Source: Desulfobacterales bacterium (GTDB taxonomy: Bacteria; Desulfobacterota; Desulfobacteria; Desulfobacterales; UBA5852). From it: 64,000 bases of DNA. Positions 1-9,469 of the stretch are shown piece after piece (within the stretch, counting starts at the first letter, position 1; every line of letters starts with the position of its first letter). Both the position numbers and the translations under genes were made by a program. The notes under the pieces were generated by a model. The model had not been told where the DNA came from, did no database searches, and saw nothing but the letters and a program-made list of their open reading frames with translations. Where the stretch lies: contig CAXXVS010000003.1 of NCBI GenBank assembly GCA_963674755.2, positions 2,048,001 through 2,112,000 on the forward strand, written 5' to 3'.

Positions 1-872
1 TCGTTGTGATCGAATAAGAGCGGCCGCTCGATGCAGCCGGTGGCCACCACCACGCTTTGGGCACGAATCTCGATATAGCGCTCGTCGAAAGGATCCTCGT
101 TGCCGCCCACCTGGAAGGCGGTGATCAGGTTGTTGCTGTAGGCGCCCACCATGGCGGTCTGGGTGAAGCATCGGATCTGGGGGGTTTCCGCCACCTGCCG
201 GGCCAGTTCACGGGCCCGTTCGTGAAGCGGGCGGCCGTCGGCGCAAGGCTGTACGCGGTAGTCGAAGCTCCCTCCCAGCCAGGGGCGCATTTCCAGGAGA
301 ACCACCCGCAGCCCGGACTCGGCCGCAGCCAGAGCGGCCGTCATCCCGGCGGCCCCGCCCCCGATCACGCAGACATCGGCTGTGGGATAGATTTCATCAT
401 ACCGTCCCGGCATCTTGAAATCAGGCGCCATGATGCCTAACCCCGCCGCCTTGCGCACCTGCTTCATGGCCAGGGGCCAGATCGCCGCCGGCTTGTGCAG
501 GGTACGGTAGTAAAAGCCCGCCGGCATGAGCCAGTCCAACTTGTCCATAAACCCCATCAAGTCGAAGCGGGCCGATCCCTTGACGTTCTGGGCCGTCACC
601 CGCATCCCGTCCTTGAGAAGGGTCGTCTCGGCGCGCACGTTGGGGATGCCGTCCACCGCCACACAGGTGTTGCTGCACTCCCCGTCCAGGCTGTAGAGCC
701 CCCGGGGGCGGTGGTATTTCAGGCTGCGCCCGAAGACCCGGATACCGCCGGCAAAGAGGGCCGAGGCCACCGTGTCGCCGGCATACCCCTGGTAGGGGCG
801 TCCCTCGAAGGTCAGCGAACGCCCCTGGGTCGGGTCGATGCGCAGGGTGGGCAGATCTTGGATCCGTTTCAT
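1..872 (-). CDS. soxA: Sarcosine oxidase subunit alpha family, N-terminal part (runs off window edge)
   Basis: Manual translation MKRIQDLP..GDTVASAL..GRSLKYHRPRG..PAGFYY..DVCVIGGGPAG; ATG overlaps the soxD stop (ATGA); absent from the ORF track because it is truncated by the window. Confidence 0.9.
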   Translation of the reverse strand, partial: MKRIQDLPTLRIDPTQGRSLTFEGRPYQGYAGDTVASALFAGGIRVFGRSLKYHRPRGLYSLDGECSNTCVAVDGIPNVRAETTLLKDGMRVTAQNVKGSARFDLMGFMDKLDWLMPAGFYYRTLHKPAAIWPLAMKQVRKAAGLGIMAPDFKMPGRYDEIYPTADVCVIGGGAAGMTAALAAAESGLRVVLLEMRPWLGGSFDYRVQPCADGRPLHERARELARQVAETPQIRCFTQTAMVGAYSNNLITAFQVGGNEDPFDERYIEIRAQSVVVATGCIERPLLFDHN

Positions 873-1138
873 GAGGAGGTCTCCACTGCAGCCGGTTCGG
901 GCACTTCCAGGTTGCGGACCGTGTCGCGCCAGGTGGTGAACCACGAACCGCAGCCGTCCTTGTGGCACCACCATTCCTTCTGAAGACCGGCCGTGCAGCG
1001 GTTCATGTGCACGTAGTCGCACCAGGCTCGCGGACTGAGATCCGCCTCGGCCGGGCGGGGGCCCTTGTCTTCGCCGCCGTAACGAAATTCATACCCGCAG
1101 CGTGGTCCGCAGATCGGGCAGGTCAGGGTCAATGCCAT
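869..1138 (-). CDS. soxD: Sarcosine oxidase subunit delta
   Basis: CPICGPR..EFRYGG..EWWCHKDGCGSWF Zn-binding motif; AAGGAG RBS upstream of ATG 1138. Confidence 0.9.
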   Translation of the reverse strand: MALTLTCPICGPRCGYEFRYGGEDKGPRPAEADLSPRAWCDYVHMNRCTAGLQKEWWCHKDGCGSWFTTWRDTVRNLEVPEPAAVETSS

Positions 1139-1149
1139 CGCAAGCTCCT

Positions 1150-1323
1150 TAGTGCCCATCCAGGGATGGCATCTTTTGGCCCCTGGCGGCGTTCTCGCCT
1201 CCTGCCGGTCCTCGGCGCAGCAGCGCTACGCCTGTGGGCACCCACCGTTGAAGAATCAATCAGATGGGAAGTCCCGCTCGGCGGGACCAGAAACCAAAAT
1301 CTACCATTTCTGGGTGGGCACTC
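1150..1323. repeat. MITE/REPIN-like structured repeat, copy 1 (altered, longer centre)
   Basis: TAGTGCCCATCCAG...CTGGGTGGGCACT ends; shares blocks ATGGCATCTTTTGGCCCCTGGCGGCGTTCTCGC and AACCAAAATCTACCA with the other copies. Confidence 0.85.
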
Positions 1324-1324
1324 C

Positions 1325-2548
1325 TTAATTATCCGGTGAATAGTTCACCAAGGCGGCCGTTTCGCCCATGAGGCGATGCTGTTCGTAGCGTCGCAGGTGA
1401 AACGGTTTCAGCATCGGCGGACATTCCCCTTCGGCCAGATAGGCGGCCATGTGTTGGCCGGTGGCCGCACAGGACTTGAAGCCGAAATAGCCCCAGCCGC
1501 AATTCATGTAAAAGCCTTCCACCGGATCGTTGCCGTCCATGATAGGCGCCATGTCCGGGGTCATGTCGGCCAGTCCCCCCCAGATGCGCATGAATTTCAC
1601 CCCGCGCAGGCAGGGCAGAAATTCCCCGAGCGCCTCGGCCTGGTGCTTGATGTAATAGGCCGTGTTCTGGGTGGTGTAGTTGGGCCAGGGGTCCATGTGG
1701 GCTCCGGTGGCGATTTCACCCTTGAGGGTCTGGTTGGCGTAGACATGGTAGGCTCCGGAAGAGACCACGTGGTTCAGTAGCGGCTTGAGGGGCTGGGTCA
1801 CCATGGCCTGGATGGTCAAGACACTGATGGGCAGGTCTATGCCCAGCATCCGGTTGATGATGCCGGCCGAGTAGGCGCCGGCAGATACCAGAACACGGGG
1901 GGTCGTGATGGGGCCCTGGCTGGTGTCGACTCCGGCGACCTTTCCGTCTGCGACCCGGATGGCCATGGCCTCGGTCTGCTGGTGAATGTGGGCGCCAAGT
2001 TTCGTCGCCCCTTTGGCGAGCCCCCAGACCACGGCGTCGTGGCGGACGATACCGCCGGGCGGGTGGAACATGGCGCCATGGATAGGATGGGTGATGTTGC
2101 CGGAAATATTGAGGGCGGGCTCCATTTCCTTGACCTGCTGGGCATCCAGAAAATGGCTCGCCACGCCTAGAAATTGGGCCGTGGCGATGTTGAGGCGGGC
2201 GGCTTTCACGCCGGCCTCGCTGTGCACCAGGTTCAGGTTGCCGCAGTTGTTGAACATTAGGTTGAAATCCAACTCACGGGTCAGCACCGGCCAGAGATCC
2301 AGGGCTTCTTTGTAAAGAGGCACGTTTTCCTGGGTGCGCTGGTTGGCGCGTACGATGGCCGTGTTGCGGCCGGCACCGCCGAAACCGACGAACCGCTTTT
2401 CCAGGACCGCAACATCGGTCATGCCATGGTTGCGGGCCAGGTAATAGGCGGTCGCCAGACCATGCAGGCCGCCGCCGATAATGACGGCGTCGTAGCTGGA
2501 CTTCATGGGGCTGGTTTTCCAAAGGCGTTTTGTGAATAGACCCAGCAT
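1325..2548 (-). CDS. soxB: Sarcosine oxidase subunit beta family FAD oxidoreductase
   Basis: YDAVIIGGGLHGLATAYYLA, GRNTAIVRAN, RHDAVVW, GWGYFGFK. Confidence 0.9.
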   Translation of the reverse strand: MLGLFTKRLWKTSPMKSSYDAVIIGGGLHGLATAYYLARNHGMTDVAVLEKRFVGFGGAGRNTAIVRANQRTQENVPLYKEALDLWPVLTRELDFNLMFNNCGNLNLVHSEAGVKAARLNIATAQFLGVASHFLDAQQVKEMEPALNISGNITHPIHGAMFHPPGGIVRHDAVVWGLAKGATKLGAHIHQQTEAMAIRVADGKVAGVDTSQGPITTPRVLVSAGAYSAGIINRMLGIDLPISVLTIQAMVTQPLKPLLNHVVSSGAYHVYANQTLKGEIATGAHMDPWPNYTTQNTAYYIKHQAEALGEFLPCLRGVKFMRIWGGLADMTPDMAPIMDGNDPVEGFYMNCGWGYFGFKSCAATGQHMAAYLAEGECPPMLKPFHLRRYEQHRLMGETAALVNYSPDN

Positions 2549-2602
2549 GGGAATCCTCTGCTGAAAATATGAATGGGATTCAAAACCAAATTGACGTTTT
2601 TC

Positions 2603-2616
2603 ATTTCATATGAAAT
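2603..2616. promoter_or_regulatory. Palindrome ATTTCATATGAAAT, candidate operator
   Basis: Perfect 14-bp palindrome in the AT-rich divergent region between soxB and the RpiR gene. Confidence 0.35.
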
Positions 2617-2910
2617 ATATCATGTCAATAACAAACATGTGCGTGCGGCTATTTTTCGGAGCTTTTCCGGAGCCCCTAGGGCGGCCTTTGATAAGTCTCT
2701 GCGCCAAGGAGTTAATATGTGTTATAAGATCAATATGTTTAATAGATCTATGTCGGGGTGGCCGATGGTGGGGGTTGGACTTGAATTTTAGCGGCGGTTG
2801 AGGGATGAAAAGGCGCTTGAGCGAAAAATTGGAGCGGTTTTCTGACCTGTTGGATGAAATAAAAAATATCAATTAGTAGTTAAAATTTCATTAATTGAGG
2901 GCATCCGGAC

Positions 2911-3792
2911 ATGATCAACGGCATCCAAGCCTATACCTTACCGGAGCGTATCACGCGGTTCTATGATGAACTGACGCCGAAAAGTCGCATCATCGGCAGC
3001 TATATCAAGGAAAACCCCCGTAAAGTGGTGTTCATGACCGTTGCAGAGCTATCCAAGGCCTGCGATGTCAGCGAGGCAACGGTGGTGCGCTTCGTGGGCC
3101 AGCTGGGGTACGAGGGCTACGCGGATTTTCAGCAGTCCCTGCGTGACTTTGTCGACACGGAACTGACCCTGCTCGACCGGGTGGATCTGACCGACATGCT
3201 GGAACCGGGCGCCGAGCGTTTGCGTCGCGTGGTTTCCCAGGAAATCGATAACCTGCGACAGTTTTTCGAACACGCGGACATCGAACAAATGGAACGGGTG
3301 GTGTCGCTGCTCTACGACAGTCCACAGATTTTTGTGGTCGGCTCTCGGCTTTCCTATACCTTGTCCTATTATCTGGGTTGGTCGCTGACCAAGGTGCGCG
3401 GCGGGATCCAGATCCTCAAAGGCAGCGACAAAACCACCATTGATTGGCTCACCATCGCCCCGGCCGATGCCCTGGTGGTGGTGATCGCCCTGTCGCGCTA
3501 TCCCAACGAACTGATCCGTCTGGCCAAACTCGCCAAACGCCTGGGCCAGCACCTGGTGGTCATGACCGACAGCGCCGCCTGCCCGATCGTCCGCGAAGCC
3601 GACGAAAGTCTGGTGGCGCCGTCCCAGCACATCCCCCTGATCGGCACGCCCACGACGATCTCCTGCCTGATCAACTATCTCGTGATGGAACTGGCCAGCC
3701 GTTACGGCGACGACCTCAGGACGCACCAGGAAAAGCTCGAGCAGTCCTACTGGGAAAACGACGTCCTTTTCAGCATGAAGAAATTATCTTAA
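2911..3792 (+). CDS. MurR/RpiR family transcriptional regulator (HTH + SIS)
   Basis: ELSKACDVSEATVVRFVGQLGYEGYADFQ HTH; SIS domain with VVMTDS. Confidence 0.9.
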   Translation: MINGIQAYTLPERITRFYDELTPKSRIIGSYIKENPRKVVFMTVAELSKACDVSEATVVRFVGQLGYEGYADFQQSLRDFVDTELTLLDRVDLTDMLEPGAERLRRVVSQEIDNLRQFFEHADIEQMERVVSLLYDSPQIFVVGSRLSYTLSYYLGWSLTKVRGGIQILKGSDKTTIDWLTIAPADALVVVIALSRYPNELIRLAKLAKRLGQHLVVMTDSAACPIVREADESLVAPSQHIPLIGTPTTISCLINYLVMELASRYGDDLRTHQEKLEQSYWENDVLFSMKKLS

Positions 3793-3834
3793 ATTTTTCC
3801 ATTTTTATGGTTAACTCAATGGAAATTGTATTTG

Positions 3835-3853
3835 GCGCTTTTTAGAAAAGCGC
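3835..3853. terminator. Possible hairpin terminator between convergent genes
   Basis: GCGCTTTT-TAG-AAAAGCGC followed by TTT. Confidence 0.3.
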
Positions 3854-3982
3854 TTTCGCAAATTGCTTTGGTAGTCGCCTGAAAAGAAGGAAATTAAAGC
3901 TTTTACTATAAGATCGAACTCACACGCTGCGAACTAGTCTCCCAATTCCTTTCCTTTTCCGTCTGCTTTCGTATGGAACCTT

Positions 3983-6328
3983 TTATTCATTCTGACTGAA
4001 CTTGCGCGCCAGGTCGTTGTCGATGACGTAGATGCAGACTTCCTGGGCACCTTTCTCGGAATAGCGGTATTTTTTTTCGAGATTGCCGATCAGGAAGGTG
4101 ACGTCCTCGCGGATGCGGCGATCGAAGGTTTTAAAGGACGGGCTATGGTAATCCTTGATGGCCTGTCGGAAGTTTTCGTTGTCCAGAAAAGGGTCCAGGG
4201 CCTTTTCCTTCAGATTGTGGGTATAGCGCGCGTGAATGGTCCGAAACAGCCGGGTATCGTTCAGCGGCTGCCCTTCGATCATGATTTCCTGGGTCAGGGT
4301 ACGGGTGGTGTAGGTTTTTTGGGTTTCTTCACGAAAGGCCGCCCGCTCCCCGGCGCTGGCCCCGTTTCCCAGAATATGCTTTTCCAACTCGTCCAGATAG
4401 GCCTCGGATATTTCCAGCCGGTCGCCGGTGTAGGTCGAGACCACCACGGCGCCCGGCTCGAAGTTGACCGCAAACAGGTAATTCATGATGTCGCGCGCGA
4501 TCTGTTCCCGGTTGTAGTAAAAGAGGGATTCCTTGACTTCCTGAAGCACGGTATAGTCGTACATCCGCAGCAAGGCTTCCAGAAAACCGCTGGGAATCTG
4601 ATCCAATAGATCTTTGCGAACTTTGGTGAAGTATTGGCTAAGATCGGCCATGGTGATCAGCTTGTCGTCCCGGGCAAAGGAAGAATAGAATTCGCTGAAG
4701 ATTTTAATGGAATCCCGGCCCGAGAGGCCGCGGATGCCCTCCCGCTCGGATTCGCCGATGATCTTGCGGCGGCGTTTGGCGGTGAAACGCTTGCGGTCCC
4801 TCTCCGACAGCCAGGCCGGGATGTAGCCCGTATAGATCTCCATCTTCAGCAGCTGCAGGTTGTCGTCGCAGAAGCGGTGGTATTTGCCCGGATCGCCGAT
4901 CCATTCCAGCAGGGCGTCGGATCGGAGATTAAGCCGCGAGGAGATGATGATGCGTGCGAAGTTGTGCAGCACGCGCGGCAGGAAGCTTTGATCGATCTGG
5001 CGGCCGAAGATGTTGCGGTAGATGGCGATCTCGGTGTTGAGATCGAGAATATAGGGAATGTTGATGTACTCGATGCGGTCGGAAAAGGATTGAAAATCCT
5101 GGATGTTTTTCTTGTCTTCCGGATTCATCAGGGCCAGCAGGAGGGAGTTGACGTTTTCTTCGATGTCATCGACCTTGTGGACGCCTTCGCTGATGATGTT
5201 GTGCAGCTCGATCAGGCGTTCGATGTTGTGGGATTTGATGTCCATCAGGGCGTAGATCCCGTTGTTGGTCGTGGCGTAGCGGGAGAAGAGATACTTGATC
5301 TGGCTGCTTTCCCGCAGGGCCATGTTGATCTGGTTCTGCAGGGTGACGTTGGTCCGCACGAGTTCCTTGCTGGTGCGGTCGCCGGGGTTGAAAACGCTGA
5401 TGCCCCGCCCAATGCGCCGCTTGAAGCGGTAGGGCTGGGCGTAAAGCATGCTCAATACTTTCAGGGGACTTTTGAGCCGGTTGAGCAGGGCCTGGTAGAT
5501 GGAGGTGCAGATGGTGCAGGGCACATCCCGGAAGACCCAGTCGTAGGCCTTGTCGGTGAAAAGGGTCCACTTGAAGCGGTCGTTGGCGAACAGGTCGTCG
5601 AAAAACGAGCGCCGGTGGTTCTTGGGAATCATCAAAATGGGGTGGTCGTGGCTGGGGCAGGGGATCTCCACCACGTCGTCCTCGACGGGCAGGGCGGTTT
5701 CGGTGACGAGGGACGACCCCGGGGCCGTCTGGGCCGAATGGTGATGGCCGCCTTCCTCGGAGGGCGGTTCGTTTTCCCGTGAGGAGCGCTCCATGAGCGA
5801 GAACATCTTTTCGAAGAACGGGATGGCCTCCGCACCCGTGTCGGTGCCCAGCTGCTGCCGGTCGATGCGCCAGACCGCCTCGTAGCGCATACCCTCCGGG
5901 GTATTGGCGTAGGACTCGAATTTGGTCAGCAGGTTGTTCAGGAAGGTGCTCTTGCCGCAACCGGGCGGCCCATCGAAGATATAGATTTTATTTTGTTGGG
6001 CGCCGCGTTTCATGGATTCCGCCAGCTTGATGAGGCGGTTGGCGAACAGGCGGTCCGCAAAAAAGGGGTTGTCAGAGCCTTCCACAAAGAGCCGGTTGCA
6101 GTCGTAGTAAACGAAATGGATAGACTCGGGATCGTCCGGGTACTCGTCGTAGCCTTCCGATACATAGGTCTTGATCATGTCATGGAAGACCTGGAAGACA
6201 TTGCGGATCAGGTTTTCGGGTTGTTTGACCATCTGCTCCAGAAAAGCCTCGAAGGGTATCGGCGGGGGCTGGCCCCGTTCCTTGATGGAGCGGTCGAGGC
6301 TCTGCATGGCCTGATGTATGTTTTCCAT
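3983..6328 (-). CDS. PrkA/YeaG-like AAA+ protein, second divergent paralogue
   Basis: Walker A GPPGCGKST, CPSHDHP, SGRDSI; start MENIHQ at 6328, just after the SpoVR stop. Confidence 0.8.
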   Translation of the reverse strand: MENIHQAMQSLDRSIKERGQPPPIPFEAFLEQMVKQPENLIRNVFQVFHDMIKTYVSEGYDEYPDDPESIHFVYYDCNRLFVEGSDNPFFADRLFANRLIKLAESMKRGAQQNKIYIFDGPPGCGKSTFLNNLLTKFESYANTPEGMRYEAVWRIDRQQLGTDTGAEAIPFFEKMFSLMERSSRENEPPSEEGGHHHSAQTAPGSSLVTETALPVEDDVVEIPCPSHDHPILMIPKNHRRSFFDDLFANDRFKWTLFTDKAYDWVFRDVPCTICTSIYQALLNRLKSPLKVLSMLYAQPYRFKRRIGRGISVFNPGDRTSKELVRTNVTLQNQINMALRESSQIKYLFSRYATTNNGIYALMDIKSHNIERLIELHNIISEGVHKVDDIEENVNSLLLALMNPEDKKNIQDFQSFSDRIEYINIPYILDLNTEIAIYRNIFGRQIDQSFLPRVLHNFARIIISSRLNLRSDALLEWIGDPGKYHRFCDDNLQLLKMEIYTGYIPAWLSERDRKRFTAKRRRKIIGESEREGIRGLSGRDSIKIFSEFYSSFARDDKLITMADLSQYFTKVRKDLLDQIPSGFLEALLRMYDYTVLQEVKESLFYYNREQIARDIMNYLFAVNFEPGAVVVSTYTGDRLEISEAYLDELEKHILGNGASAGERAAFREETQKTYTTRTLTQEIMIEGQPLNDTRLFRTIHARYTHNLKEKALDPFLDNENFRQAIKDYHSPSFKTFDRRIREDVTFLIGNLEKKYRYSEKGAQEVCIYVIDNDLARKFSQNE

Positions 6329-6344
6329 GATCACGTTCCGATCC

Positions 6345-8003
6345 TTAGTCCGATAGAATCTCCCGGGACAACTGGCGGTTCTGCATCGTGTAGCGCACGC
6401 GCTGCCAGGCCGCGTCGGGCGGCGGCGCTTTCTCCTCAGTTGCGACATAGACACCGGTCAGCGCGCGGGGTTCGGGCATCGGGGACGCCGGGGCGCGTTC
6501 GGTCGTTTCCAGGATGACCGGTCGGCCCCACAGGTATTCGATGCCCAGCATGGTGTTGGCAATGTATTCCGTCACCAGTGGCTTGCCCTCGAAGCGGTGC
6601 ACCAAGACGAGGGGCCCCTTTTCCGTGCGCCGGGTGTCGACGGCGATTTGCGGCGGATGGTACAGGGCGCCGATCAGCATCTGGCGGTACTGAGCGGCAT
6701 CGCGACTCCGGACGACATACTCCCAGGTCATGCGGGTGCGGTTCAAGCGTTTGCCGGCCACAAACAGCCGGTGGCGGTCCACGAATTCCTGATCGACAAA
6801 TTCGTTGATGAACATGAAGTCGCAATAGTTGCGGCTGATGTGGAAAATCGTATCCGTTCCGCTTCCGGTGGCGGCATCGTATGTTGCCCGCTGGCGCTGA
6901 TCTTTGATCCGCTGGTAATCGTATCCGTAGTGGCCTTTGTCGGCCATTTCGACGATGTATTGGAAGAGGCGCATACCGAGGGCATAGGGGTTCAGGCCGA
7001 CCCGGGGCAGGGCGGTGACCCCGGCATTGACCCGGGCATATTCCACCTCGTGGCCCCTGATGCGGTCGTCCTGGAGGAAGAGCTTTTCATGCCAATAGCT
7101 GGCCCAGCCCTCGTGCATGATCTTGGTGCGGATCTGGGGCTGGAAGAACAGGGCGGTTTGACGCACCACGTGAATGACGGTTTTCATCCACTGGTTTTCT
7201 TCCCTGTTCAGAAAATCGGAGTGGGTCAGCATAAATTCGAAAAGGTCCGGATGATCGCCCAGGTGGTGGTCGCGGTATTTCTGGTAAAGCGCCTGGAATT
7301 CGGGATGGTTCATGTCGATCGGGGCGAAAAAGGCGTCTTCACAACGGGTGGGGCTTTCGTTGCGGCACTGGTTATAGCGGTCGATTTCGGCAATGTAATG
7401 GCTGATTTTGAACCCCTTCTGGGATTGGAGGAAGATATCGAAGTAGTAGTCGAGCTTGCATAGGGGCCCCGCGGCGCGATGGTTGTTCAGGCGGGAGAGG
7501 GCTTCATGGAATCCCACCAGATTGTCGATGCCGCGCGCAAACTCGATCAGGTAGTCGACCCAGCGGCCCTTTTCCGAACGCAACCGCGCGATGATGCGCT
7601 TGTCCGAGAGGGCCCGGCCGTTGAAATCGTAGTCCCAGGTGTGACGGAAGAAGACATTGTGCTGGAAGAGGTCGATATGGGCCAGCACGTGGTAGAAGAT
7701 CATGACATTGAGCCAGTCCGGGTTGTTGTCGTTGTAAAAGGAGATGGCCGGCCGCGTATTGATGACCGTCTCATAGGGATTGCCCGGATACAGCTCGTAC
7801 TTGCCCTTTTCCTTGAGGACCTCCACGTCGTGCACCCAGTAGTCGTAGAGGGTAGGGATCATCATCTTGGGCGAGAGTTCCAGCAGGTCGCGGTTGGTGA
7901 CGATATACTCCAGGGTCTCGTCCTCGAATTGCAGGCCGGCCTCACGGGCGCGGACCTTGCAGCCCTCCATGATGTCCTTGCTGTGCTGGTCGATCAATTC
8001 CAT
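6345..8003 (-). CDS. spoVR: SpoVR/YcgB family protein
   Basis: YETVINTRP, YHVLAH, PQIRTKIMHEGWASYWH, NPYALG, LWGRPV. Confidence 0.9.
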   Translation of the reverse strand: MELIDQHSKDIMEGCKVRAREAGLQFEDETLEYIVTNRDLLELSPKMMIPTLYDYWVHDVEVLKEKGKYELYPGNPYETVINTRPAISFYNDNNPDWLNVMIFYHVLAHIDLFQHNVFFRHTWDYDFNGRALSDKRIIARLRSEKGRWVDYLIEFARGIDNLVGFHEALSRLNNHRAAGPLCKLDYYFDIFLQSQKGFKISHYIAEIDRYNQCRNESPTRCEDAFFAPIDMNHPEFQALYQKYRDHHLGDHPDLFEFMLTHSDFLNREENQWMKTVIHVVRQTALFFQPQIRTKIMHEGWASYWHEKLFLQDDRIRGHEVEYARVNAGVTALPRVGLNPYALGMRLFQYIVEMADKGHYGYDYQRIKDQRQRATYDAATGSGTDTIFHISRNYCDFMFINEFVDQEFVDRHRLFVAGKRLNRTRMTWEYVVRSRDAAQYRQMLIGALYHPPQIAVDTRRTEKGPLVLVHRFEGKPLVTEYIANTMLGIEYLWGRPVILETTERAPASPMPEPRALTGVYVATEEKAPPPDAAWQRVRYTMQNRQLSREILSD

Positions 8004-8036
8004 CGTCGACTCCTGGGGGGTGCCGCAGATGTCGGT

Positions 8037-9416
8037 TCATTCCGCCGTCAGGTGCCGGATCCCGTCGATCAGGCGTGATTCGGGGGCCTCCTGGGGCATG
8101 GTATCCATGCGCAGGAGATCGGCCCGGGATTCGAGCAGACCGGAACGTTTGAGATAGCGCTCCACCTCGGTATCGCCCACGCTCCCGGTGCGCGCCACCA
8201 CGGTGAATCCCACCCGGCTGGCATAGCCCAGCATGGTCCTCAGTTCCGGAACGGTCTGGGTGCCCTGGGTATCCCAGTCGTCGCCGTCCGTTCCGTGGAA
8301 GACATAGATATTGTAGTCCGCGGCCAGATTCTCCCGGGCGACGATCTCGTTTACCAGGTGCAGGGCCGAGGCCACCTGGGTGCCCCCGGCCACGCTGGAG
8401 TTGTAATAGGTGTAAAAGTCGTCGACTTCACGGGCCTCCGTGTCGTGCAGGATAAAGCGCGATTCCACCTGGCGGGCATACTGGTAGAGCAGCCAGCTGT
8501 AGATCAGCACATGCTGGGTGACGACCACCTCGGTGGCCTTGCCTTCCATGGAGCCGGAATAGTCCCGCAGAAAAAAGACCATGGCCTGGGATTCCAGATC
8601 CTTTTCGGGCGAGAGGATGCGGTAGATCCGGTCCCGGGGTGAAATCAGGAAGGACGCCGGATCAATCCGGGTGGGATCGGGAATGTTGCCCAGGTGGATG
8701 TTGGTTTCGACGATCTGGCGCAGGGTGGCCTTTTTGTCGAGCAGTTGCCCCCGCCCGGCGTGGCGGTCGGTCAGCTGGTAGGTGTAGCGGGTAAGGGAGC
8801 GCTTTTTGCCCTTGTTCTTGAGATTGGGCAGGGCGAATTGCTCGGTCAGCACCCGGCCCAGATCGTAGGCGCTGGACTCCACTTCATGGTTGCCGCTCTC
8901 CCCCTGTCCCGGTCCGCTGCCGGCCCCGCTGCCGGACGGCCGCACCGGCTGCTCGCCGATCACCTCTCCGGGTTCGCCCTCGCCGGAGCCGCCCGAGGAG
9001 GGGGAGGCATCCGGCGGTTGATCGGAGGTGTCGTGGATGAACTTTTCCTCCACCGTGGTGGGCACCACGACCACCTTGTCCTTGCCGCGCAGGCCCGGCT
9101 TGATCATGCGGCCCACGCGGATTTTGCGGGGAAAGCCGTCCTTTTCCCGCTGGCGGTCGCGTTCCAGCAGCTCGTCGAGGGATTGCAGGCAGGTGGTATA
9201 ATTCGTCTGGGGGGCAACCATGGATTGCAATACGGAGAAGTCGTTGTCGTCGTAAAGGCCGTGCGGTCGCGGCCCCGCTGAGCGCCCGCCGGCCGGCGGT
9301 GCCGGGAGATGATGACGGCGCCGGTCGTTCTCTTCCCTTTGACGCGGCGGACTTTTCACGGACGGGTCGGGATTGCTTTCGGCCGAGCTGCGAATGTCGT
9401 CATCGCGGGTTGTCAT
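8037..9416 (-). CDS. yeaH: YeaH/YhbH (DUF444) vWA-like protein
   Basis: GSGEGEPG linker, LPNLKNKG, DYSGSM, GGTQVASA, YNIYVFHGTDGDDW. Confidence 0.88.
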   Translation of the reverse strand: MTTRDDDIRSSAESNPDPSVKSPPRQREENDRRRHHLPAPPAGGRSAGPRPHGLYDDNDFSVLQSMVAPQTNYTTCLQSLDELLERDRQREKDGFPRKIRVGRMIKPGLRGKDKVVVVPTTVEEKFIHDTSDQPPDASPSSGGSGEGEPGEVIGEQPVRPSGSGAGSGPGQGESGNHEVESSAYDLGRVLTEQFALPNLKNKGKKRSLTRYTYQLTDRHAGRGQLLDKKATLRQIVETNIHLGNIPDPTRIDPASFLISPRDRIYRILSPEKDLESQAMVFFLRDYSGSMEGKATEVVVTQHVLIYSWLLYQYARQVESRFILHDTEAREVDDFYTYYNSSVAGGTQVASALHLVNEIVARENLAADYNIYVFHGTDGDDWDTQGTQTVPELRTMLGYASRVGFTVVARTGSVGDTEVERYLKRSGLLESRADLLRMDTMPQEAPESRLIDGIRHLTAE

Positions 9417-9469
9417 GGCCCTCTGCCCTCGTCTGTGGTCGTCCTGTTCCTAATCCTGTCTCATGGCGC

